A DNA stretch of 64,000 bases from an uncultured virus (IMG/VR IMGVR_UViG_3300042731_005566). Lineage: Duplodnaviria > Heunggongvirae > Uroviricota > Caudoviricetes. Both the position numbers and the translations under genes were made by a program. The notes below the pieces were generated by a model. The model saw nothing but the letters and a program-made list of their open reading frames with translations. It made no database searches and was not told where the DNA came from. The stretch lies in the IMG/VR virus record IMGVR_UViG_3300042731_005566. One strand, written 5' to 3'. Shown one piece after another: positions 49,166 through 57,468 of this stretch; the stretch's first letter is position 1; each line of letters opens with the position of its first letter.

Positions 49166-49346
49166 GAGGAGCGACCAGTAGTGTTCAACCGCCTGGCGGC
49201 TGCGGGAAGGGAGGAACGGTGCTGACCACACCGGGGTGCCTGGAACGCCACGGATTGGTCATTCGTGAGCCTGTAGCTTGTGAGTTTCCTACAGGCGAGG
49301 ACGGGTTCGATTCCCCGAAACGTTAGTCCGGCGCTGGTCGCTCTTC
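49166..49346 (+). ncRNA. Structured ncRNA with paired ends and T-loop-like arm (Y-RNA/tRNA-like candidate)
   Basis: GAGGAGCGACCAG (49166-49178) pairs with CTGGTCGCTCTTC (49334-49346); internal stems TGACCA/TGGTCA and GCCTGTAG/CTACAGGC; GGGTTCGATTCCC T-arm; intergenic. Confidence 0.55.
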
Positions 49347-49370
49347 TTCACTTTGCTAAAGGAAATGATC

Positions 49371-49529
49371 ATGGCACGCGCACGCATCAAAACCGAAATG
49401 ACCGGAACCGGCGGTAGCCGCCGCACCACCCGCCACAAAGCAAAAACAGGCGCACGCAAGCTCCGCCGCGCAAACGACAAGGCAGCTTGCGCAGACGACA
49501 ACGGCGACGACGACGGATCTGCTGCGTAA
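49371..49529 (+). CDS. Small basic protein (52 aa; not in supplied ORF track)
   Basis: AAAGGA RBS; MARARIKTEMTGTGGSRR...GSAA. Confidence 0.55.
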   Translation: MARARIKTEMTGTGGSRRTTRHKAKTGARKLRRANDKAACADDNGDDDGSAA

Positions 49530-49550
49530 TACCGCGTCAGGGGGGATGCA

Positions 49551-49907
49551 ATGGACGTGCTCGTGAACAGCTTCGTGTACCGCTCTGGGCTCTCCTGGGA
49601 AGAGGCGAACCGAGAAGCGTCTCGCCTACTTCAGCACGCCTGCCGAGCGTTCGTAGTAGTAGTACGACCCACCGACCATTCCCGCCATCCCTACTCTGGC
49701 TATTCCCACCACCCCTACTCCGACGTTGGACACTTCAACCCAGTGTTCGAGAACACGGTTACCGGTGAGCTGGCGGAAGTGTTACTCGTCGATGATCCGC
49801 ACGTGGAGATCCATTTGCTCACAAGCGAACACGAATGCGAGCGCGAGCGCGAGCGCGAGCGTATACCGATCTCGGTCTTCAATCGCACTTATGTGCCGTG
49901 CAAGTAG
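49551..49907 (+). CDS. Hypothetical protein with (GAGCGC)n ER repeat
   Basis: GGGGGA RBS-like element. Confidence 0.45.
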   Translation: MDVLVNSFVYRSGLSWEEANREASRLLQHACRAFVVVVRPTDHSRHPYSGYSHHPYSDVGHFNPVFENTVTGELAEVLLVDDPHVEIHLLTSEHECERERERERIPISVFNRTYVPCK

Positions 49908-50297
49908 ACGATGCAACTCTGCTACTTCTATCGTATGACGAGCTAGGGCTCGTATGGGATGCCTTGATGATACGGTACTCGATGTTGGACGTCGGCGACC
50001 CGGAATACGTAGACGTGAAACGGCTCCTGGAACGCGTCGGCGACCTGCTAGCTGCACGGTTTAGAGCACTATGAAACGCGTCTACAAACAAGGCTACGCG
50101 GTCAAGCGCGACAACTCGCCGATTTGGGTACTCCATCTTCACTCAGGTCAGATCGTCGGAACGTGTCGGCGGGCTGGCAAGAAGTACGGTCATCGCTGGC
50201 GCGTCTCGCCGTACGATCCACAGCCTGCACATCGGCTCTTTGCTGACACGCTGGGCGACGCCATCGAAACAGCCGCGAAGTGGTGGTGTGGTGTAGA

Positions 50298-50564
50298 ATG
50301 AGCCGACGGTTGGCAACCATCGCCCGCGAGATCAACGAGCACTGCTCGGGGATCACAGCCAAGATCGTGCAAGGTTACTGCGACACTGACCGCAAGATCG
50401 GCCGGCTGCGCGTACCGGGAAAAGGGCGCTACGGCAATCGCATTATCATTCACGACGACGCGACCGGCCGCGTGTTGTTTGACCATAACGCGGCGGAGAC
50501 GTACCGCTGCAATGCCGAGGTCGAGTACTGGCTCGCGGACTGGAAGCGCAGGAAAGGCCGATGA
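50298..50564 (+). CDS. Hypothetical protein
   Basis: Strong GC3 frame; FDHNAAETYR. Confidence 0.55.
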   Translation: MSRRLATIAREINEHCSGITAKIVQGYCDTDRKIGRLRVPGKGRYGNRIIIHDDATGRVLFDHNAAETYRCNAEVEYWLADWKRRKGR

Positions 50565-50625
50565 GCTACGGAAGCGCAGGAAAGGCCGATGAGCTACGGA
50601 AGCGCAGGAAAGGCCGATGAGCTAC
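50542..50625 (+). repeat. Perfect 28-nt tandem repeat x3 spanning a stop/RBS/start junction
   Basis: GGAAGCGCAGGAAAGGCCGATGAGCTAC at 50542, 50570 and 50598. Confidence 0.9.
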
Positions 50626-51171
50626 TGTCGCTGGGGAGCGCACTCTGACGTGTACGTGTTCGGCACGCTTGATAACAGGCTCGAATGTTGTAACTGCGGC
50701 CTGGTAGCAGATTTCGATGATTTCTGTGCGGCGACCGCCGCTGAGATGATCACACATCTCGAAGAGCATGTTGCACGCGGCGACAAGGTACTCCATTACG
50801 CGTTCGAGCGTCTACGTATCGAGGCACGTGCTGAGACACTGCTTGCAGCTGGCTACGTTCGGCAGGAGTCTCGCTGGCAGCTACCGCGACAGCTCGGGTT
50901 GGCACGCGTAGCATGCACTCATGCGGTCAGCCGCGGTGTGTACCCGGACGACCCTGACGAGTATCCGGCTGACTATCACTACGTCGGCTGCCCCGAGCAA
51001 TGGGTGCTGGCATGGGCGGAGCGAATCGCACAGCAGCCGGCACCCATCGACGAGCGCCGACGAATGCTGCGGTTGGCCGTCTCGGACCGAGATCGCCAGG
51101 ATGCGTTGCTGGCAGCGCTGCGAATCGGCCACGCCCCAAACCACGTGATCATGAACCTACTTGCAGTCTAA
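50617..51171 (+). CDS. Hypothetical protein (MSYCRW..SDVYV phage family, plus shared helical module)
   Basis: MSYCRWGAHSDVYVF..ECCNC...HLEEH; RRMLRLAVSDRDRQDALLAA. Confidence 0.65.
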   Translation: MSYCRWGAHSDVYVFGTLDNRLECCNCGLVADFDDFCAATAAEMITHLEEHVARGDKVLHYAFERLRIEARAETLLAAGYVRQESRWQLPRQLGLARVACTHAVSRGVYPDDPDEYPADYHYVGCPEQWVLAWAERIAQQPAPIDERRRMLRLAVSDRDRQDALLAALRIGHAPNHVIMNLLAV

Positions 51172-51207
51172 CAGTCTAACTACTCAAAACAGCACGGGTT
51201 TATTTTT

Positions 51208-51223
51208 GATCGCAGCTGCGAAT
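51208..51223. promoter_or_regulatory. Operator-like palindrome (degenerate copy 4) GATCGCAGCTGCGAAT
   Basis: TCGCAG/CTGCGA dyad after an AT-rich tract (GGGTTTATTTTT) resembling the copy 3 context. Confidence 0.4.
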
Positions 51224-51290
51224 ATCTGGCACGTCCACACGTCTGACTTTATGAGGACGGCCCCGAGGGGCAAACGGAGACAAGAAGACA

Positions 51291-51515
51291 ATGACGACTG
51301 AGCGATTCAAGACTGTGGCCGCGAGCGCCCACTTCCAGCACGGCATAACTACCGACAGCTGGGCCGACGCTCTGGCCTACGCCCGCACTCACCAGGGCAC
51401 CTACTGCGTCGTGGTCGAGGACTGCGACTCCAAGCAGGTGCTCTACCTGCGGCACTGTGCGGACTGCGCGTGCTGTAACCCGGCTCCCGAAGTCTGCGCC
51501 GAGCTGGGGCTCTAG
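51291..51515 (+). CDS. Hypothetical protein
   Basis: Follows the hairpin element and GGAG. Confidence 0.55.
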   Translation: MTTERFKTVAASAHFQHGITTDSWADALAYARTHQGTYCVVVEDCDSKQVLYLRHCADCACCNPAPEVCAELGL

Positions 51516-51545
51516 GTTCACGGCTTCGTAGCCGTTAGGTAGACC

Positions 51546-51938
51546 ATGAGCCCCACCAAACCACAACGCGTAGACGACGCTACGACCTACTGGACAGACG
51601 TCTGGGCAATAGTTGCTGGTTTCATGGCGCTTTGCTGCGCCGAGGGGCTAGCGTGTGAGCTGACAAAGAAGAAGCACTCTCACTCTCCCCGGTCTCTCGT
51701 TGCGAGGCGTCTATCTGCGCTTCACCAGCGCGCACTATTGTTGGCTGCGAAGCGTCTGGGGAGCCAGGGGACCCTCCTAAATGGGTATCCCTGCGACCGC
51801 CGCTTGTGTGACTGGTGGGGGCCTGTGAACGGGGCAACAGTAGGTTGTTGTGATGCCTGCTGCAAAAAGTATGTGAGCCCCGTAATCGCCGCGCGCGAGG
51901 CACGGGCACGCAAAGTGCGGATCAATTGGAGTCGCTGA
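51546..51938 (+). CDS. Hypothetical protein
   Basis: ORF in block. Confidence 0.45.
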   Translation: MSPTKPQRVDDATTYWTDVWAIVAGFMALCCAEGLACELTKKKHSHSPRSLVARRLSALHQRALLLAAKRLGSQGTLLNGYPCDRRLCDWWGPVNGATVGCCDACCKKYVSPVIAAREARARKVRINWSR

Positions 51939-51979
51939 CGTCAGTCAGCATGGCCCCGAGGGGCGAACGGAGGACCAAA

Positions 51980-53302
51980 ATGAGGATCGAGACCACTATC
52001 GAGGAGCCGTACGTCGATCATTGGGGCGCCATCGAAGGCATCCGCGAGATCGTCCAGAACGGCAAAGACGCCGAGACCGAATTCGGCGCCAAGCTCGTTG
52101 TGCGTTGGAGAAACAACGTGCTGCGCGTCGAGAACAACGGCGCTACGCTCGACAAGAGCGCTATCCTGATGGGCCGCACCTCGAAGCGCAGCCGCGCCGA
52201 TATGATCGGCAAGTGGGGCGAGGGCCTGCCTGTCGGCTGCCTCGCGCTCGTCCGTGCAGGCTACGAGGTCCGCATCCGCACCGGCGCTGAGGTCTGGATT
52301 CCGCGCGTCGAGGAGTCGAACAAGTTCGATGGCGCCCGCGTACTGGTTTTCGAGATCCTCAAACGCAAGCACCGCGACCGTGTGTGCGTCGAGATCCGCG
52401 GCGTGGACAAAGCGGAGTGGGCGACCATCCGCTCGCGTTTCCTCTTCCTGGCCCGGCCGAGGCCAAACGAGATCATCGAGACGGACTACGGCGACCTGTT
52501 GCTCGCTTCACGCTATCGCGGCGATCTGTTCATCAAGGGCATCTTCGTCCAGCACGACGATACGTTGACTCACGGCTACAACTATCGCAACGCGGACTAT
52601 GACCGCGACCGGCGCATGGTGGAAGATTTCGATAAGCGGAGCAACAACCGCCACATCTGGGAAGAGGCTGTTGCGCGCCGCCCGGACCTATTCCGTACCT
52701 ACTACGATCTTCTTACCGCAGGCGCACGCGACCTCGATGGCGTAACTCAGTACAGCGTCCCGTATATGCAGGACGCTGCCCTCGACGGCGTTGCCGAGGC
52801 GTTCATCGCGCAACACGGCGAGAAAGCCGTCCCCTGCGAAAACCTTGGCGAGTGTCAGGACCTGGAACATCTCGGTCGAATGGGCGTCATCGCGCCCGAA
52901 TCACTGCGCGCAATCGTCGCGCACAAGATCGGATCCGTGGAGACGGTGAAGGCTGCGCTGGCAAAAGAGGTCGTCAGGAAATACTCGTGGCATGAGCTGG
53001 ACGCCACTGAGCGCGCGCACCTGACCGCTGCCATCGAGTTGGTAGCAGCCGCAACTGAGTGCGCCCTCGCGGATGTGGACGTCGTGGACTTCCGCTCTGA
53101 GACCCTGCAAGGTCAATACAAGGACGGTCGCTTCGCTATCGCAAAGCGGGACCTCGCAGACCGTGATCTGACGCTCGAAATCCTCGTGCATGAGGTCGCC
53201 CACCGTGCTGGCAGTGACGGCGAGAAATCACACGTGGCGACCATCGAGAACATCTGGTCCAAGATCGTCGCAGCGCTCCGCAACCAACTGCCGAAGCCAT
53301 GA
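51980..53302 (+). CDS. GHKL (HATPase_c-like) ATP-binding protein with C-terminal HExxH
   Basis: IREIVQNGKD N-box, ENNG, MGRTSK, IGKWGEGL G-box; ILVHEVAH; GGAGG RBS. Confidence 0.75.
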   Translation: MRIETTIEEPYVDHWGAIEGIREIVQNGKDAETEFGAKLVVRWRNNVLRVENNGATLDKSAILMGRTSKRSRADMIGKWGEGLPVGCLALVRAGYEVRIRTGAEVWIPRVEESNKFDGARVLVFEILKRKHRDRVCVEIRGVDKAEWATIRSRFLFLARPRPNEIIETDYGDLLLASRYRGDLFIKGIFVQHDDTLTHGYNYRNADYDRDRRMVEDFDKRSNNRHIWEEAVARRPDLFRTYYDLLTAGARDLDGVTQYSVPYMQDAALDGVAEAFIAQHGEKAVPCENLGECQDLEHLGRMGVIAPESLRAIVAHKIGSVETVKAALAKEVVRKYSWHELDATERAHLTAAIELVAAATECALADVDVVDFRSETLQGQYKDGRFAIAKRDLADRDLTLEILVHEVAHRAGSDGEKSHVATIENIWSKIVAALRNQLPKP

Positions 53303-53610
53303 GCCGACCACCGACCACTGCTTACCTTCTCCATGTAGACGAGCACCCGAGTCATTGGGTCGCGTTCGTACCGTTCTGCACGAACCCCAACAATCGCCGG
53401 CAGTGGCTTTGGATGCGCACCGAGGCTTGCGCGCTGCTCGTTGCGTGCCCGAATTGTGGATCTACGCCAGGCATGTTGTGTCGCAGCGCTCGGGGATCTC
53501 CCTGGGGCTCAACACACAGCGCCCACCGCGACGCTTTCCGTAAGATGGTCAAGGACGACATCACGACCGTGCGAGCGTTGGCCTTCAAATTCAAGGTGGA
53601 AGGCGTCTGA
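53299..53610 (+). CDS. Phage zinc-finger protein
   Basis: ALLVACPNCGSTPGMLC...THSAHR. Confidence 0.6.
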   Translation: MSRPPTTAYLLHVDEHPSHWVAFVPFCTNPNNRRQWLWMRTEACALLVACPNCGSTPGMLCRSARGSPWGSTHSAHRDAFRKMVKDDITTVRALAFKFKVEGV

Positions 53611-53619
53611 GAACCCATG

Positions 53620-53649
53620 TTGGCATCTGTCACACGCGCCTGCTATAGT
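53620..53649 (+). promoter_or_regulatory. Sigma70-like promoter with extended -10
   Basis: TTGGCA-18 nt-TATAGT with TG at the extended -10 position; first obvious promoter upstream of the block that ends in the cas12-like gene. Confidence 0.5.
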
Positions 53650-53705
53650 AGGCGTCCACTCGGGCCGGAGGCCACAGAAACTACCAGCTCGACGAGGCAA
53701 AATCT

Positions 53706-54362
53706 ATGCGCTACAAACGAGGCGAGAGCGAAGAACCAGGGCTGCGTGAACGACGCGTATCGAGGACGACAGGAACGACCGTTTCGATCTACGACGCCGA
53801 CGAGCTGGATGCCCAACAACTAGCCCGCTGGAGGGGACAAGCACCCAAACACCGCTGGATCGTCTGCTGCGAAGATCACTGCACCGTAGGCAGCGTCCCA
53901 ACGCTTGCCGAGGCGCGCGCATTGCTATCCAGCTGCGGTTGGTGCTACGACTGTCGGCTCACCATGTTCGGCGCTGAGCTGCCTTGTGATGCTTGTGGCC
54001 GTCCCGTAGTGTGGTGCACGGAAGACGACATCACGCTCTGTGACGTCTACGATGTACACGATACGGCGTTGCTCGACGACGACGACGCACTGGTTGGCCT
54101 GCGTGTCGGTCACGCAATCTACTGCGATATGTGTGCTCCGCTGGCAATCCATGACCGGTGCCAAAACTGTGCGCGCGGCCCCGAGGCAATCACTCCGCAA
54201 GGTCCCGTACCGGTCCCGGTCCTGACAACGAGGTCTGAGCTTCCTGCGCTGTCCGCAGCAGGCCCCATCGAAGTGATAGACCTCGTACAAGCGCCAGTGC
54301 AGCCCGGAAGCTGGGCTGCGGTACTCCGTGCGGGGCTACAACATCGCAGAGGACGCAACTGA
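53706..54362 (+). CDS. Cys-rich hypothetical protein
   Basis: Multiple CxxC motifs. Confidence 0.55.
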   Translation: MRYKRGESEEPGLRERRVSRTTGTTVSIYDADELDAQQLARWRGQAPKHRWIVCCEDHCTVGSVPTLAEARALLSSCGWCYDCRLTMFGAELPCDACGRPVVWCTEDDITLCDVYDVHDTALLDDDDALVGLRVGHAIYCDMCAPLAIHDRCQNCARGPEAITPQGPVPVPVLTTRSELPALSAAGPIEVIDLVQAPVQPGSWAAVLRAGLQHRRGRN

Positions 54363-54405
54363 ACTGATTTCGATGGATAGCGAAGGCTCCGAGGAGCAGC
54401 GCATT

Positions 54406-54675
54406 ATGAACAACAACAAGCTGAGACCAACTGTCGAGGACGCTCACGCCGCTTCCAGGTGGGGATTTGCTAACACATTCACTGCTCGCTCGGTCGCCTT
54501 AGCGGTAGCGCAACGGCTCGGCCCCGATGACCGTGAAGGCGCTTGGTGGTACGCAAAGGTTCGGGTGTGTGCGCGAAATGCCCTTGAAGAGTGGCTACGT
54601 GAAAAAGTAATCGAGGCGGCCCCCCGATCAGGACAACCGACCGAATATCGATTCGTGAAGAAGGAGAGAACATGA
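54406..54675 (+). CDS. Small winged-helix-like hypothetical protein
   Basis: GAGGAG RBS within the hairpin variant. Confidence 0.5.
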   Translation: MNNNKLRPTVEDAHAASRWGFANTFTARSVALAVAQRLGPDDREGAWWYAKVRVCARNALEEWLREKVIEAAPRSGQPTEYRFVKKERT

Positions 54676-55496
54676 GGGCAATCGTATTGGCTGAGATCAA
54701 CAGTGACGGCACGCAAGGTGAGGTGCACACCTGCCGCGGCAGTGTGATCAAGATTGGAAAAATGAAACGCTCGGGGTTGAAGCTCAACCATCCTTCAGTC
54801 AGTCGGATGCACGCGGTGTTCGAGTGCGAGCCTGGAGGCATTGTCCACCTAGTCGATCTGGGTAGCGTGCAAGGTACGTTCATCAACGAGAAGCAGATCA
54901 ACAAAGCAGCCGTCAAAGTCGGCGACACGGTTCGTTTTGGTGACGTGATGCTCGCGGTTCGTGAGATTACGGACGAGGATGACACAGATGAAGCTGAAGC
55001 TGAAGCTGAAGCTGAAGCTGAAGCTGAAGCTGAAGCTGAAGCTGGTACCGCAGATGCAGCCTCTACAGGGCTCAGCGATCTCGCGGCCCGTATTGATCGG
55101 CTCAAACGTATCCGCAACATATACAGTGCAGGAGCTGCGCAGAGCAGCGCCGAGGTACCGAGCATAGGAAAGCTGGCCAGTACTGCCATCGTCCACAGCG
55201 TACTCGACGCCAACGCGCCAAAACAAATCGCTGACGTGATCAACGATGTCTGTGACAACGTTGCCGAGCTGCGCAAAATCGCGTCCGCTGACCGTGTTAC
55301 GCAAGCGCTGGACGGTCTCATCCAAGACTGGGCGCCTGTGTTGCAGGTCATCGGTAAGTACAGGGAGGCGAACGTCGAACGTACTGCGTTGTTCCGTGCC
55401 GGCTTGATCAAGAAGCTCAAGGACGAATTCGATCTGAGCGAGGCCAACGCAGTGGAGATCGTTCAATCAGCGTCGGAAACGTCCAACCTGACTTGA
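54672..55496 (+). CDS. FHA domain protein
   Basis: IKIGK...HPSVSRMHA...LVDLGSVQGTFIN...VGDTVRFG; (EA)9 linker. Confidence 0.85.
   Translation: MRAIVLAEINSDGTQGEVHTCRGSVIKIGKMKRSGLKLNHPSVSRMHAVFECEPGGIVHLVDLGSVQGTFINEKQINKAAVKVGDTVRFGDVMLAVREITDEDDTDEAEAEAEAEAEAEAEAEAGTADAASTGLSDLAARIDRLKRIRNIYSAGAAQSSAEVPSIGKLASTAIVHSVLDANAPKQIADVINDVCDNVAELRKIASADRVTQALDGLIQDWAPVLQVIGKYREANVERTALFRAGLIKKLKDEFDLSEANAVEIVQSASETSNLT
54990..55043 (+). repeat. (GAAGCT)9 microsatellite
   Basis: Nine perfect hexamer units, in frame. Confidence 0.95.
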
Positions 55497-55541
55497 GGAG
55501 AGATAGCGAAGACGCTATCGATGAGGAGGAGGAAAACGCTG

Positions 55542-55850
55542 ATGACAGATGATCCCGCACACGAATACACGGTTCCTGGCGGTGCTGCGGCAGCCCTCTC
55601 GACAATGCGCCCTGAGATGGCCCGTATCGTGGCCACACAGCTTCGTGAGGGCATCCTGCAACCGCTGTCGCCAGAAGAGCAAGCTGGCCTTCTCGACCTG
55701 GTAGCTGACCTCATTCAGCGTGTCAGCGATGACCAGGATCAACTCCGCGATATTCTACTCACGGTGCGTGGAATCCGCGAATACGGTAAAGGCCTACAAG
55801 GCATGTCGGAGAAGATCATTGCAGCTCTAGCTGCTTGCAACGTTGGTTGA
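55542..55850 (+). CDS. Hypothetical helical protein directly upstream of the cas12-like gene
   Basis: GAGGAGG RBS. Confidence 0.55.
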   Translation: MTDDPAHEYTVPGGAAAALSTMRPEMARIVATQLREGILQPLSPEEQAGLLDLVADLIQRVSDDQDQLRDILLTVRGIREYGKGLQGMSEKIIAALAACNVG

Positions 55851-55884
55851 ATGGGGCTCCGAGGAGCCAAGCAAAGGAGCATGT

Positions 55885-57468
55885 ATGCCAGCACGCGTTT
55901 ACAAGTATGGAGCCCGCCCTAGCCAAGATCCGAACTTGCTCAGGCAGATGAGGCTAGGCCGTCAGTACTACAACGCGCTCGTTGAAGCGGAGAACAAGCG
56001 GCGCCAAATCGGATGGGGCGGCGAATCTCCGCCACCACCACCGCACCGAGGTAGATGTCAGTGCGAGAAGTGCCAAGATGCATGGGCGAAGACGTCGCCT
56101 CCCCACGAGAAGTACGACTGCGACTGCGCTGAGTGCGAAAAGCACCGCGAGGCGCACCCGGCAGAGCACGACAACTGTAAGTGTGCGGCTTGCCGCGCGC
56201 ACTGGAATGCAGTGTGGGCAGCTACCCGTGCTATACCGCTACTCGACGTTCGTCCATTACGAACTACATGGGCGGCGAAAGGACTCTACTGGGGAACCTA
56301 CAACGTGATCGAACAGGCCTTCTCGGCAGCCTGGCAACACACGTCTCTGCTCCGCCCGGTGAAATTCCGGTCGTGGCGCAAAGGAGACGTCGCGGCCGTC
56401 CAAATTCAACCCGGAAGAGATCCTCATCGGTACGTACAGACTCACAAAGCGCCAGACGCACGGACAGGAAGACGTACACGTAACGGACTTGGACGGCACA
56501 CGGTAGAAATTAGGATCGGCAGCAATGGGGCTACACCCATTTTCTGCACCCCGATCCGCATAGAAAAGCACCGCGAGCTGTCTGGACAAATCACACATGT
56601 CCATGTGCGGCGGCGTTACAATGCCGATCAGCAGGTTTGGTCGGTCGCGTTCACTTGCAAGGATGCTGACCCAAGGACGGACGCGGCCGAGGAAGGCGTC
56701 GTTGCGGTAGACGTCAGCTGGCGCAAGATGCCTGACGGCTCCTGGCGATTGGGCTACGCGCGTGATGCGGCCGGTCACGTGAGTGAGCTACGCATGCCAG
56801 TCAGTTGGACGGCACGCGCTGACCGTGCGGAGAAGATCCACTCACACCGTGACAAGCGCCTCAACGAAGTACGGGCGTGCTGGCCTGTAGTCGGTAAGAC
56901 GAAATCCTGCCAAAAGGCTGTACGAAGACTACGTAGTCTAGGAGTACTCACCGCGGATCAAGACGCGTGGGTTGCACGCGAAATGCATCTCTGGCGGTAT
57001 GAGTGCGGTTGCTGGCGGCGTAGCCGAACCGGACGTCGCGCAGCGCTGCGTGAATGGGTGCGTGAGCTACGCTGTCAATACGCGGCTGTCATCGTCAAGA
57101 ATACAGGGCACAAGAAGATCAAGGAGGAACACGGGCTGCCTCAGAAGGCTCAACGGCAAGGACAACATGCGGCACCAGGAGAAACAGTGGAGGTGCTACG
57201 GGAAGTGTTTGGCGCCGATGGAATGCGGATCGTAGAAGCGAAGCACACGAGTGCGCGTTGCCCCGATTGTGGCACAATCACTCCCGTGAACGGACAACGC
57301 ATGCTTCGTTGCGAGGGGTGTGGTACGCAACGAGACTGCGACGACATAAGCACCCGAAACATGTGGGCCCTCTACCAAGCCGGCAAATGGAAAAAACCTA
57401 CCGCTCGAAAAACGACCTCCAGGTTCGCGAAACGGCACAAGAAAAACGAGGTGCCCCCGGAATGCTAG
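55885..57468 (+). CDS. Compact type V CRISPR effector (Cas12m / V-U1-like, TnpB-derived RuvC protein), 527 aa
   Basis: VYKYG...RQMRLGRQYYNALVE N-terminus, GLYWGTYN, RuvC-I VAVDVSWR, AAPGE, TSARCPDCG...CEGCG zinc finger, RuvC-III RDCDDISTRNM; adjacent CRISPR array; AAAGGAG RBS. Confidence 0.8.
   Translation: MPARVYKYGARPSQDPNLLRQMRLGRQYYNALVEAENKRRQIGWGGESPPPPPHRGRCQCEKCQDAWAKTSPPHEKYDCDCAECEKHREAHPAEHDNCKCAACRAHWNAVWAATRAIPLLDVRPLRTTWAAKGLYWGTYNVIEQAFSAAWQHTSLLRPVKFRSWRKGDVAAVQIQPGRDPHRYVQTHKAPDARTGRRTRNGLGRHTVEIRIGSNGATPIFCTPIRIEKHRELSGQITHVHVRRRYNADQQVWSVAFTCKDADPRTDAAEEGVVAVDVSWRKMPDGSWRLGYARDAAGHVSELRMPVSWTARADRAEKIHSHRDKRLNEVRACWPVVGKTKSCQKAVRRLRSLGVLTADQDAWVAREMHLWRYECGCWRRSRTGRRAALREWVRELRCQYAAVIVKNTGHKKIKEEHGLPQKAQRQGQHAAPGETVEVLREVFGADGMRIVEAKHTSARCPDCGTITPVNGQRMLRCEGCGTQRDCDDISTRNMWALYQAGKWKKPTARKTTSRFAKRHKKNEVPPEC

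Noticed and set aside
49166..49529. tmRNA or canonical tRNA (T-arm plus a peptide ending ANDK...SAA)
   Set aside because: No acceptor stem, CCA end or GGGG-type 5' end follows the T-arm; the peptide has its own RBS and ATG
54479..55466. Long antisense ORFs (e.g. 54479..55447, 60011..60832, 6110..6967, 39571..40299)
   Set aside because: They shadow well-supported + strand genes in a GC-rich genome and lack RBS or motifs
10024..55868. CCCCGAGGGG copies as a dispersed CRISPR array or as terminators
   Set aside because: Spacing is irregular and gene-sized, the unit is only 10-14 nt, and no U-tract follows
55885..57468. Ordinary IS200/IS605 TnpB transposon
   Set aside because: No tnpA or IS ends seen; the protein is larger than typical TnpB and directly abuts a regular repeat-spacer array
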